Shown here: piece by piece, positions 10,649 through 19,521 of the stretch
How the letters are laid out: every line of letters begins with the position of its first letter
How positions within the stretch are numbered: position 1 is the first letter of the stretch
Assembly: GCA_040385805.1 (NCBI GenBank)
Contig: JAZKGS010000069.1
Span: 1-43,813, forward strand
DNA: 43,813 nucleotides
Origin: Pseudomonadota bacterium
Lineage (GTDB): Bacteria; Pseudomonadota; Alphaproteobacteria; Sphingomonadales; Sphingomonadaceae
Direction of reading: 5' to 3'
The notes under the pieces: model-generated
What the model saw: only the letters and a program-made list of their open reading frames with translations
Databases searched by the model: none
What the model was told of the DNA's origin: nothing
Translations under genes and position numbers: made by a program

Positions 10649-11092
10649 ATGAAGAAAAATATGCTTACGGCCATTTTGGCTGTGCCTTTTGCCATTGCCC
10701 TGTCGATGCCCGCAATGGCGCAAAATTATCCGATGACGCCAGGCGATTATGAAGAGGTGGGCATGATCGATATCAGCGATGGCGGTGGATATGAATATGC
10801 CAACTTCCTTGCCACAACATGGAAAAAGAATCAGGAATTTGCCAAGTCAAAGGGTTGGATCAAGGGCTATCAGGTTCTAGCAAACGTGCACCCACGCCCA
10901 GGTGAGCCCGACCTGTATCTTGTGACAACGTTCAGCAGTCTTCCCGATGCGGCAGAGGACGAGAAACGAAATGCCGCCTATCGGGAATTTATGCGGCAAA
11001 GCGACGCGCAAATGGATGCAGCTTCGGGAGACCGGGCAAAATACCGCACCGTTATGGGCTCGTTCATGCTCCGCCAGTTGAATTTCAAATAA
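10649..11092 (+). CDS. Hypothetical exported protein
   Basis: RBS GGAGG, Sec signal ending AMA-Q, and a terminator directly downstream. Confidence 0.8.
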   Translation: MKKNMLTAILAVPFAIALSMPAMAQNYPMTPGDYEEVGMIDISDGGGYEYANFLATTWKKNQEFAKSKGWIKGYQVLANVHPRPGEPDLYLVTTFSSLPDAAEDEKRNAAYREFMRQSDAQMDAASGDRAKYRTVMGSFMLRQLNFK

Positions 11093-11099
11093 GCATAAG

Positions 11100-11132
11100 C
11101 GGCGGGTGTGGAGCAGCACCCGCCGTTATTTT
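11100..11132 (+). terminator. Rho-independent terminator
   Basis: Stem cggcgggtg / cacccgccg followed by ttatttt. Confidence 0.75.
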
Positions 11133-11188
11133 ACACTTGGGTAACATGACGATATATTTTGTTTTGAAAGCTGCTTATGGCGGCAATC

Positions 11189-12025
11189 ATGACACGCTTT
11201 CTCATCACTTTCGCCCTCCTGTTCGCGCCACTTGCCCCTGCCCAGGCCTATTGGGAATATGGCCATGAAACCATCGCCCAAATTGCGCAGGCCAATATGT
11301 CACCCAAGGCGCGCGCGAATATGCAGCGTCTGCTGCGCGCGGCCCCCATGCTGGGCACGCCAAAATGCGAAATGCGCAACATCGGCGATGTCAGCGTCTG
11401 GGCGGATTGCATCAAGGGCGACCGCGTGCGCTGGGGCTATACCAACAGCTGGCATTACCAGAATGTCGACATCTGCAAGCCGTTCGACCTGAAAAGCGCC
11501 TGTGCCGACGGCAACTGCGTTTCGGCGCAGATCGACCGGAACTTTGCCTTGCTATCGAATGACGCCCTGCCCGCGCATGTCCGGTTGGAGGCGCTCGCGT
11601 TTCTCGTCCATTTTGTTGGCGACATTCATCAGCCATTGCATGCTGGCGACCGGTCGGATCGCGGTGGTAACGACCTGAAAACCATTTATGGCGTGATGCC
11701 GGGATATAATCTGCATTCGGTGTGGGATGGGCTATTGGCTGATCGCGCGATATCCGCTGCTCCAACTATCGTCCGCGCTTTTTCGTCACCTGAGAAGGCG
11801 GCTATTGAACAAGGCAATGCACGCAGCTGGAGCGAAGAAAACTGGCGTGTGTCAAAAGACATCGCCTATCCGCGCGCAATGGATGGCGACCCCTGCGGCG
11901 CAAAACCGACTGCGCCCGTTGTTATTGACGAAGCCGACGTGACCGCCGCGCGCGCTGCGCTTCGTCAGCAGGTCGAACGCGGCGGGATTCGTCTCGCGCG
12001 GTTGTTGGAGCAAGCCTTGGGCTAA
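11189..12025 (+). CDS. S1/P1 nuclease, exported
   Basis: Signal peptide, then W..GH, WAD, WHY, HFVGDIHQPLH, DRGGN and NLHSVWD Zn-binding motifs. ATG 11177 is an alternative start. Confidence 0.93.
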   Translation: MTRFLITFALLFAPLAPAQAYWEYGHETIAQIAQANMSPKARANMQRLLRAAPMLGTPKCEMRNIGDVSVWADCIKGDRVRWGYTNSWHYQNVDICKPFDLKSACADGNCVSAQIDRNFALLSNDALPAHVRLEALAFLVHFVGDIHQPLHAGDRSDRGGNDLKTIYGVMPGYNLHSVWDGLLADRAISAAPTIVRAFSSPEKAAIEQGNARSWSEENWRVSKDIAYPRAMDGDPCGAKPTAPVVIDEADVTAARAALRQQVERGGIRLARLLEQALG

Positions 12026-12291
12026 GCGCCGAAATGCCCGCGCCATTTCCATCCTCCCTCGGTGCGTTTGCGCACGATGACGAGGAATATTCCGGTGACT
12101 AGCAACATCAGCGCGACTATTGCTATCGTTGGTATCGCGCCATGATCGTCCGCGAAGTAGCCTAAGCCCAACATCGCCAGAACATACAGCACCAAAACCA
12201 CCCAGCCTTGCCACTTGAACGGCAGGCCGGCACCATATCCGAAACGTTTGGCGCGGAACCAAGGTCCCTTTTCCAAAAACAAATGTAACAT
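12022..12291 (-). CDS. Small two-TM membrane protein
   Basis: WF..KRFGYG..P..WQGW followed by two hydrophobic helices; RBS AGGAGG; last gene of the SPFH operon. Confidence 0.75.
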   Translation of the reverse strand: MLHLFLEKGPWFRAKRFGYGAGLPFKWQGWVVLVLYVLAMLGLGYFADDHGAIPTIAIVALMLLVTGIFLVIVRKRTEGGWKWRGHFGA

Positions 12292-12292
12292 C

Positions 12293-12493
12293 TCAAACCT
12301 CCTTCGGCGGTCGCCCGCGTTTTGGGGTTTCGCTGACCCCGACCTTCATCCCGCGTTTGGCCAACGCCTCACGCAGCAAAACCTCGATCTCGGCATTGGC
12401 GCTCCTGAAATCGGCCGCTGCGCACCGTTCGATACACGCGAATAATGCGGGATCGAGACGGAGCGGGAAAGCCTTTTTGGACGGAGCAGACAC
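12293..12493 (-). CDS. Ribbon-helix-helix (Arc-like) DNA-binding protein
   Basis: KKAFPLRLDP...AA.DFRSANAEIE.LLREAL fits an Arc/RHH pattern; GTG start. Confidence 0.82.
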   Translation of the reverse strand: MSAPSKKAFPLRLDPALFACIERCAAADFRSANAEIEVLLREALAKRGMKVGVSETPKRGRPPKEV

Positions 12494-12502
12494 GTTTTTT
12501 AC

Positions 12503-13408
12503 TTAGCTATACAAGGTGCCGGTGTTGACGACAGGTTGCGTGTCGCGCTCACCACATAGGACCACCATGAGGTTCGAGACCATCGCTGCGCGACGTTCAT
12601 CATCCAGCTCAACGACATTTTTCGCCGACAACATTTCAAGCGCCATTTCAACCATGCCTACCGCGCCCTCGACCAAGGTCTTGCGTGCGGCAACCACGGC
12701 TTCTGCCTGCTGACGGCGCAACATCGCGCCAGCGATTTCCTGTGCATAGGCCAAATGGGTGAAGCCGCATTCATCGACGGTGATGCCAGCCACGCGCAAC
12801 CGCTCCATCAACTCCAGCCGCAATTCGCCGCCGACCTGATCATGGTTGCCACGCAAGGTTACCTCTTGATGCGTGAAGTCATCATAGGGATAGCGTGCGC
12901 CGATGGTGCGAACCGCAGCCTCGATTTGCGCGACCACGAAGGCCTTATAATCGTCCACATCGAACAAGGCCTGCGCGGTGTCAGTCACACGCCAGACCAC
13001 CTGTGCTGCCATCTCGATGGGGTTGCCGCGTAGGTCGTTGACCTTGATCTTTTCGGAAATCAGGTTGTTGGCGCGCAGCGAAATCTTGGCCTTGCCGATC
13101 CACGGCCACGTCCAACGCAAGCCTTCGTTTCGGTCCGTACCCTTATAGGCGCCAAACAGTGTCAATGCGACGCCCTGATTGGGTTGAAGCATGTAGAAAC
13201 CAATTGCCACAAAGAAGAATGAAAACACGCTGAGGCCAAGGCTGGCAAATTCCAAACCCGATTTATTTTCGTCAGCAGCCAGTTGCGCAATCGACCAGCC
13301 GAACCACACAATGGTCAGCAACATCAGCAACAACATGGCATAGCCGTTGAAGCTGCTTGCCGCGGATTCGCGGCTGGGATTGAGGGTGTTGTTGGAATCG
13401 TCAGTCAT
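12503..13408 (-). CDS. SPFH / band 7 domain membrane protein
   Basis: Two N-terminal TM helices, KVND..GNPIE, HLAYA.EIAGAMLRRQQA and MVSNLMVVLC. Confidence 0.92.
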   Translation of the reverse strand: MTDDSNNTLNPSRESAASSFNGYAMLLLMLLTIVWFGWSIAQLAADENKSGLEFASLGLSVFSFFFVAIGFYMLQPNQGVALTLFGAYKGTDRNEGLRWTWPWIGKAKISLRANNLISEKIKVNDLRGNPIEMAAQVVWRVTDTAQALFDVDDYKAFVVAQIEAAVRTIGARYPYDDFTHQEVTLRGNHDQVGGELRLELMERLRVAGITVDECGFTHLAYAQEIAGAMLRRQQAEAVVAARKTLVEGAVGMVEMALEMLSAKNVVELDDERRAAMVSNLMVVLCGERDTQPVVNTGTLYS

Positions 13409-13421
13409 TGGAGTCTCCCTG

Positions 13422-13441
13422 TAAATATGATATCATATTTA
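13422..13441. promoter_or_regulatory. Perfect 20-bp palindrome, putative operator of the SPFH operon
   Basis: TAAATATGATATCATATTTA lies 13 bp upstream of the SPFH start codon. Confidence 0.6.
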
Positions 13442-13466
13442 TATCATTCGGAAGCATGCGCAAGAC

Positions 13467-13503
13467 AAAAAGAAAGGCCGCGCAACATGTTCGCTGCGCG
13501 GCC
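13467..13503 (-). terminator. Rho-independent terminator after the M3 peptidase gene
   Basis: Stem ggccgcgca / tgcgcggcc with a U-rich tail on the minus strand. Confidence 0.75.
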
Positions 13504-13526
13504 CATTCGGTCATTTGATGAAGCGT

Positions 13527-15662
13527 TTACTCGCCGGTCGGAAATCCGCGCTTTTTCATGATATATTTTACGTCCGGATCACGACCACGGAATGCGCGAT
13601 AGGCTTCGATCCGGTCGGTTTCGTTGCCGGTGGCCATCAGCATTGAGCGGAAACGCTCGGCCGTTTCCTTGTCCCAGACATCGCCCTTTTCAGTGAACGC
13701 GGCCCAAGTGTCGGCATCCATCGTTTCGGACCACAGATAGCTGTAATAACCGGCCGAATAGCTGTCGCTGGAGAACAGGTGGTTAAATTGCGGCAACCGG
13801 TGACGCATCACCATTTCCTTTGGCATGCCGATTTCTGCCAGCGTGTCGCGTTCGAATTCGGCCGGATCGCTGACGGGTTCGCTGCGGTTGTGCAGTTTCA
13901 TATCCAATATTGCACTCGACAGATATTCAACCGTGGAGAAACCCTGGTTGAAGGTGTCACTTGCCCGGATTTTCTCGACCAAAGCGGCCGGAATGGGCTC
14001 ACCAGTCTGATAATGCTTGGCATAAGTGTTAAGGATATAGGGCGTCAGCAACCAGTTTTCGTTCACCTGGCTTGGATATTCCACAAAGTCACGCGGCGTG
14101 CCGCCAAGGCCGGGCCAGGTGATGTCGTAGTTGAGATAATGGATCGCATGGCCAAATTCGTGGAACAAGGTGGATGCATCATCGATGCTGATCAACGTTG
14201 GTACGCCATCAGCGCCCGGCACGAAGTTGTTGTTGTTTGACGCCAAAACGATGTTGTTCTTGCCGCCCAATTTATGCTGGCTGCGATAGGTCGTCATCCA
14301 CGCACCTGAACGCTTGCCCGCACGTGCGAAGTTGTCGAGATAGAACAGGCCAATGACCTTGCCATCGCGTTTGACTTCAAACGTGCGCACCTTGGGTTCA
14401 AACACAGGCACAGTGCCGGTGTTTTCGGTGAAGCTCATGCCATATAACTTGCCCGCGGCGTCGAACATTGCCGCAACCATGTTATCCAGCTGGAAATAGG
14501 GCTTAATCGCCTCTTGATCGAGGTCGTATTTCGCTTTGCGCACCTTCTCTGCGTAGAAACGATAATCCCACGGTTCAATTGTGATGTTGTCCGCATTGGC
14601 GATCGCCTGCATGTCCGCGACTTCTTCTTTCACGCGCGCGGTTGCGGCCGGCCAGACCTTCATCATCAGGTCCATCGCCTTATTGGGGTCCTTCGCCATC
14701 GTGTCGGCCATGCGGTAATGCGCATGGGTCGGGAAGCCCAGGATTTCGGCGCGCTGCTGACGCAGTTTCAGGATTTCGGCGATGGTCGCGTTGGTGTCAT
14801 TGGCATTGCCGTTGTCACCGCGCTTGGTGAACGCGCGCCACACCTTTTCGCGTAAATCGCGGCGGGTTGAATTTTCGAGGAATGGTTGCACGGCAGAGCG
14901 GGTGTTAACGACCACCCATCCGCTCTGGCCCTTTGCCTTGGCCGCTGCTTGCAGCGAGGCTACGAAACTCTCTGGCAAGCCAGCCAAGTCGGCCTCTTGC
15001 GTAAGAGGAATAAAGGTTTCCTCATCCGCGAGCACTTTTTCCGAGAAGGTTGAAAATTTCTTCGCCAATTCGGTCTCGATGTTGATGACTTCAGCCTTTT
15101 TGGCCGGATCAAGCAACGCACCATTGCGCACGAGACCGTCATATGTCCGTTCCAGCAAGCGTGTCTGCTTGGCATCAAGGCCAAGGTTTGCGCGCTGATC
15201 ATACAAATATTTCACGCGCTGGAAAAAGCGTGCGTCCAATGATTGTTCGGAGAAGAAGGCGCTGACCTTCGGCTCCCACTCGGCCTGAATCTTGCGGACT
15301 TCAGGGTTGGACAGGTTGGACGAATGTACGCCCCATATCGAGAACAACCGGCCGATTTTCTCGCCGGACAGTTCGCTTGCGGTAATCGTGTTGTCGAAAG
15401 TGATGGCTTCAGGCTTTTCCAGCATCGCTTCAAACTCGGCTTCGGATGCCTTCATCGCGGCCTGAAACGCAGCAGGAAATTGCGCGACTTTGACCTGATC
15501 CCACGGTGGCACGCCTTCATAAGGGCCAGTCCATTCTTGCAACAAGGCTGGCTCGCCAACCATCTGGCCAGCATTCATTTCATTCGTTTGTGCAACCGCT
15601 GACATCGATACTCCTGACAAAAAAAGCGCCGCTGTGCGCATCATGACTGTGTGTATTCTCAC
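13527..15662 (-). CDS. dcp: M3-family metallopeptidase (peptidyl-dipeptidase Dcp-like), exported
   Basis: FHEFGHA (HExxH), DFVEYPSQ, YSAGYYSY.W and FRGRDP motifs, plus a signal peptide. Start is GTG 15662 (RBS GAGGAG) or ATG 15644. Confidence 0.9.
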   Translation of the reverse strand: MRIHTVMMRTAALFLSGVSMSAVAQTNEMNAGQMVGEPALLQEWTGPYEGVPPWDQVKVAQFPAAFQAAMKASEAEFEAMLEKPEAITFDNTITASELSGEKIGRLFSIWGVHSSNLSNPEVRKIQAEWEPKVSAFFSEQSLDARFFQRVKYLYDQRANLGLDAKQTRLLERTYDGLVRNGALLDPAKKAEVINIETELAKKFSTFSEKVLADEETFIPLTQEADLAGLPESFVASLQAAAKAKGQSGWVVVNTRSAVQPFLENSTRRDLREKVWRAFTKRGDNGNANDTNATIAEILKLRQQRAEILGFPTHAHYRMADTMAKDPNKAMDLMMKVWPAATARVKEEVADMQAIANADNITIEPWDYRFYAEKVRKAKYDLDQEAIKPYFQLDNMVAAMFDAAGKLYGMSFTENTGTVPVFEPKVRTFEVKRDGKVIGLFYLDNFARAGKRSGAWMTTYRSQHKLGGKNNIVLASNNNNFVPGADGVPTLISIDDASTLFHEFGHAIHYLNYDITWPGLGGTPRDFVEYPSQVNENWLLTPYILNTYAKHYQTGEPIPAALVEKIRASDTFNQGFSTVEYLSSAILDMKLHNRSEPVSDPAEFERDTLAEIGMPKEMVMRHRLPQFNHLFSSDSYSAGYYSYLWSETMDADTWAAFTEKGDVWDKETAERFRSMLMATGNETDRIEAYRAFRGRDPDVKYIMKKRGFPTGE

Positions 15663-15862
15663 TGAATTTTTCTCCTCTGAACCATGTGCCATCTTTGCTG
15701 GGGCTCCATGAACCAACGATTAGCGCATTGGATAGCCTTAGCAAACCACCTGTCGGGCAAAACTGTTTCCTCCGTTCCGGAGAGAAAGTTTTACAGCTTC
15801 TTGCACTTTTTTCTGATGCAATCACAAAAGCTTCAACTAATCAGACAGTTGGGGGGAAATAC

Positions 15863-16795
15863 ATGTCAGAATATTATCTCGAGACCGGATTAGGCCAAAA
15901 TGGACGCGTTGCAATGATCGCAGGTGGATCGTTGGAGCGAGACAGCGAACTTGCCCGACTGGCTACGCTGTCAGGCTGCACGCCATTGATGATGGATGAC
16001 ACGCAGGCTGCCGATTTTCTTTTGGTTGATCTTTCCTCCGAAATGGAAGGAATCGGCGATAGCCTAACGCGTATTACCCATTATCTCGAAACGCATCGCA
16101 GCACTGCATTGGTTTGGTCCACGATGGAGGTGCTGGAAGAAATATATGCGACACTCCCGCAGGGCCAATTTCATCTTTTGGTCGAAGCGCGTGATGTCGA
16201 AGCGTTGCCTATTTTGGCGGGTATGTTTGGACGGGGCGGCATGGACCGATTGCATGACAGAGACCGCGAAGTGGAATTTGGATCGCTGCACCGAATCAGC
16301 GACGAGCTGGCCGAGTTCGCCCGCACGCTGGCGCGCATGGCAGAACCGGATCGGACAGATAAAGTAACAGACAAACCGGTCTCTTTTCGCGCAGCGCCGC
16401 TCGGCGGGTTTCAGGGTTTTCCCATAAGCAAGCCAGCAACCAATAATATTCCAAACCCCCAAAATCTACGCGAGATCATCAAACTGCGCAGGTTGCGAGA
16501 ACGCTTTTTCCCGCATGATCTATTCGCTGATCCTGCATGGGACATATTGCTAGATTTGAAAGCAGCGGGACAAGAGGGCCAGATGGTGTCGGTATCCAGC
16601 CTGTGCATCGCCGCTGCCGTGCCGCCAACGACGGCCTTGCGATGGATTACGGCCATGACCGAAAGCGGCATGTTGTTGCGGCGTCAGGACCCGGCAGATG
16701 CGCGCCGTGTTTTCATTGAACTGTCACCGGAGACATCAGCGAAGCTGGATGATTATTTTACAGCTGCTGGCGCGCGTTTTGCGCCCATCATCTAA
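15863..16795 (+). CDS. Winged-helix (MarR-like) DNA-binding protein with an N-terminal domain of unknown function
   Basis: C-terminal LFADPAWDILLDL...SVSSLCIAAAVPPTTALRWI...DPADARRVFIELS; G-rich RBS before ATG 15863. Confidence 0.82.
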   Translation: MSEYYLETGLGQNGRVAMIAGGSLERDSELARLATLSGCTPLMMDDTQAADFLLVDLSSEMEGIGDSLTRITHYLETHRSTALVWSTMEVLEEIYATLPQGQFHLLVEARDVEALPILAGMFGRGGMDRLHDRDREVEFGSLHRISDELAEFARTLARMAEPDRTDKVTDKPVSFRAAPLGGFQGFPISKPATNNIPNPQNLREIIKLRRLRERFFPHDLFADPAWDILLDLKAAGQEGQMVSVSSLCIAAAVPPTTALRWITAMTESGMLLRRQDPADARRVFIELSPETSAKLDDYFTAAGARFAPII

Positions 16796-16845
16796 TTTGA
16801 CTTGCCAAATGCAACAGGCTTTGGCAAAGGCCCGCTTCCCGAGAG

Positions 16846-16921
16846 GGGCGCTTAGCTCAGTTGGTAGAGCATCTCGTTTACACCGAGAGGGTCAGCGGTT
16901 CGAGCCCGTTAGCGCCCACCA
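16846..16921 (+). tRNA. tRNA-Val(TAC)
   Basis: 76-nt cloverleaf: GGGCGCT/AGCGCCC acceptor stem, anticodon arm TCTCG-TTTACAC-CGAGA, GGTTCGAG T-loop, encoded CCA. Confidence 0.98.
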
Positions 16922-17012
16922 TTTTTGAACATGATTTTACAAATGTTCAAATTTCCCTTGGAAGAACACTTCGTTCATTATAGAGAAAGTCTTCGGAAGG
17001 CAGGCTAATGGC

Positions 17013-17222
17013 ATGCGGAGAAGCTTTGTAACTTTAAGCTGTGGTTTTGTTTTGCTGGCTGCATTTGCGGTGCCTGGCACTGCATTCGCGCGCGAGGCGG
17101 AAAACGCCGAAACCGCGAGTTGTTCCGATCCCAAGCATCGCCACGTCGTGGTTCGCCCACTCACCGAATCGGCACCGATTCGCAAGGCCGAGAAAATCCG
17201 CATCCGCCGTATTTTGATGTAA
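17013..17222 (+). CDS. Small exported hypothetical protein
   Basis: 69 aa, Sec signal ending AFA, basic C-terminus RIRRILM; fills the gap between the tRNA and tlpA. Confidence 0.62.
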   Translation: MRRSFVTLSCGFVLLAAFAVPGTAFAREAENAETASCSDPKHRHVVVRPLTESAPIRKAEKIRIRRILM

Positions 17223-17229
17223 AAGCATT

Positions 17230-17823
17230 TCAGTCTGCTTGGCGCAGCAATTTCGCCATTTCGGCATCATCCCATTCAACGCCGCCAGCAATACGCCAAA
17301 CCTCCTGGCCAGCACTGTCATATAATATCGTCGTGGGCAGCGCGATGGCATTGTTGAATGCGGCCAAGATTGCGTTGTCGGCGTCGGTAAAGGGCTCAAG
17401 GTTTTTGATCCCCGTTTCTTCGAAGAAAGCCACGACCGGCGCGCGGCCTTGAAGGTCTTGGGAGACCACAATGACGTTCATCCGTTCCTTTTCCAATGCA
17501 GCGAGCGCGTCGAGCGTTGGCATTTCGGCCTTGCACGGCGCACACCATGTCGCCCACACATTCAGCAACAATGGCTTTCCTGCAAAGTCGGCCAGGGTCA
17601 CATCCTGCCCGTCAGCGCTAGCGAAAGGCGCAGTCGGCGCCTTTTGGCCGGCAAATTTGTAACTCAGCGTGGCGCGCATGCCATTTGCGCTTTCCAGACC
17701 AATCTCGGCCTTGTCCGCTGCGGATGCGTTTGCGGTGGATGCGGGTTGCGCTTGCCCCTTAGGTTGGCTTTCTTTATCGCACCCGGTCAACACCAGAAGG
17801 ATTAGGGCAATTACAAAGCGCAT
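17230..17823 (-). CDS. tlpA: TlpA-family thiol-disulfide oxidoreductase (lipoprotein)
   Basis: Lipobox [19 protein letters not shown] and LPTT motifs. Confidence 0.9.
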   Translation of the reverse strand: MRFVIALILLVLTGCDKESQPKGQAQPASTANASAADKAEIGLESANGMRATLSYKFAGQKAPTAPFASADGQDVTLADFAGKPLLLNVWATWCAPCKAEMPTLDALAALEKERMNVIVVSQDLQGRAPVVAFFEETGIKNLEPFTDADNAILAAFNNAIALPTTILYDSAGQEVWRIAGGVEWDDAEMAKLLRQAD

Positions 17824-19210
17824 GTCAGATTCCAATAGCATGTGGGGCGGCCGGTTTGGCGAAGGCCCCGGCGCGATCATGCGCGAGATAAATGCCTCCA
17901 TCCCGTTCGACAAGCGTCTTTGGCAGGAAGATATTGCGGGCAGCAAGGCGCATGCCGATATGTTGGCCGCGTGCGCCATTATTTCGGACGCGGACAATGC
18001 TGCGATCCAAAACGGCCTCGATGCTATCCACGCCGAATACCAAGCCAATGGCGTGCCTGTAGATCTCAGCCTTGAAGACATTCACATGGTGACCGAAACG
18101 CGGTTGCGCGCGCTGATCGGTGAACCAGCCGCGCGGCTGCACACTGCGCGGTCACGTAATGACCAGGTCGCGACCGATTTTCGTCTTTGGGTGCGTAACG
18201 CTTGCCATGAAATCGATGCTGGCCTGCGCGCGCTGCAATCGGCGCTGGTTGCCCGCGCCGACGAACATGCCGACAGCATCATGCCGGGCTTCACCCATTT
18301 GCAAGTCGCGCAGCCAGTCACGCTTGGCCATCATCTGATGGCCTATTATGAAATGGCGAAGCGTGACCGCAGCCGCTTTGCCGACTGCCGAAGCCGCCTG
18401 AACTTCTCGCCCTTGGGTGCAGCCGCGCTCGCAGGCACGTCCTTTCCGATTGATCGCGCCGCAACCGCCGCTGCGCTTGGTTTTGACGGCCCGATGGGCA
18501 ATAGCCTCGATGCCGTGTCCGACCGTGATTTCGCATTGGAGTTCCTGACGGCAGCCGCACAAACGGCGTTGCATTTGTCGCGTCTGGCCGAAGAAATGAT
18601 TTTATGGGCATCGCAGCCTTTTGGCTTCATCTCTTTACCCGATGCGTGGTCAACGGGCAGTTCAATCATGCCGCAAAAACGCAACCCCGACGCCGCCGAG
18701 CTGGTACGCGGCCACTCCGGGCGGATCATTGGTTGCATGAACAGCCTGATGATCACCATGAAAGGTCTTCCCTTGGCCTATTCCAAGGATATGCAAGACG
18801 ACAAACCGCCTGTGTTTGAGGCGTATGACCTGCTCGCTTTGTCGATTGCCGCGATGACGGGCATGGTTGCCAATGTGACATTCAACAGCCCCCGAATGCG
18901 CGAAGTGGCTGGCACCGGATTTTCCACCGCAACCGACTTGGCCGACTGGCTCGTCCGTGCCTTTGCCATGCCTTTCCGTGAGGCGCATCATGTCACCGGA
19001 AGCGTGGTCAAGGCATGTGAAGCGCGCGGTATCAGCCTGTCGGACATTACGCCTGACGACCTTGCCGCGGTCAACCCGATGCTCGCTGGTTGCATCTTGC
19101 CGGACTTGTCGATTGACGGATCGGTCGCCAGCCGGACAAGCGCTGGCGGCACCGCGCCGGTGCGGGTAAGAGAAGCGATTGCAGCGGCAAAGAAGGAGCT
19201 TGAGGCATGA
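17822..19210 (+). CDS. argH: Argininosuccinate lyase
   Basis: [23 protein letters not shown] and [12 protein letters not shown] motifs. Start is 17822 or 17840. Confidence 0.97.
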   Translation: MSDSNSMWGGRFGEGPGAIMREINASIPFDKRLWQEDIAGSKAHADMLAACAIISDADNAAIQNGLDAIHAEYQANGVPVDLSLEDIHMVTETRLRALIGEPAARLHTARSRNDQVATDFRLWVRNACHEIDAGLRALQSALVARADEHADSIMPGFTHLQVAQPVTLGHHLMAYYEMAKRDRSRFADCRSRLNFSPLGAAALAGTSFPIDRAATAAALGFDGPMGNSLDAVSDRDFALEFLTAAAQTALHLSRLAEEMILWASQPFGFISLPDAWSTGSSIMPQKRNPDAAELVRGHSGRIIGCMNSLMITMKGLPLAYSKDMQDDKPPVFEAYDLLALSIAAMTGMVANVTFNSPRMREVAGTGFSTATDLADWLVRAFAMPFREAHHVTGSVVKACEARGISLSDITPDDLAAVNPMLAGCILPDLSIDGSVASRTSAGGTAPVRVREAIAAAKKELEA

Positions 19211-19512
19211 AGTTTCAGCGCGTTTTATTGGTGACCCTTGCGGCATTGGCTGCCGCCGCTTGTGGTAAGGTTGGTGACCTTGAACCACGTGCTGGCAACA
19301 GCATGCCGCCCAGGGCCTATGGCCAGACGACGGAGCAAACAGCCGCCGCCTTGACTACGCCATCGGTTCAAGCGCGTCCTGGTCGTATTGACGAATTGCG
19401 TAAACGTTCCGAACGGCGTGAAGATGACCCGTTTGATATCGCGCCGGGGGAGGAGCCTAAACCGTTATCACCCAAAGAGCCGACGCAAACTGCCCCGAAT
19501 AATCCAGAATAA
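19207..19512 (+). CDS. Small lipoprotein (LptM/LppL-like position and N-terminus)
   Basis: Lipobox followed by CGKVGDLEP; lies between argH and lysA. Confidence 0.78.
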   Translation: MKFQRVLLVTLAALAAAACGKVGDLEPRAGNSMPPRAYGQTTEQTAAALTTPSVQARPGRIDELRKRSERREDDPFDIAPGEEPKPLSPKEPTQTAPNNPE

Positions 19513-19521
19513 GTAATCCCC

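Noticed and set aside
12293-12493. RHH protein as a HicB-type antitoxin of a toxin-antitoxin pair
   Set aside because: No adjacent HicA or other toxin-like ORF; the context fits an operon regulator.
16846-16921. tRNA-Val as an integration site for an island or prophage
   Set aside because: No integrase nearby, no duplicated tRNA 3' end seen in the window, and the flanking genes look chromosomal.
17669-18081. ORF-track N-terminal extensions of argH (from 17669) and tlpA (from 18081) implying a 400-bp overlap
   Set aside because: The recognisable N-termini (MWGGRF; lipoprotein signal) start at about 17822, so the extensions are open-frame artefacts.
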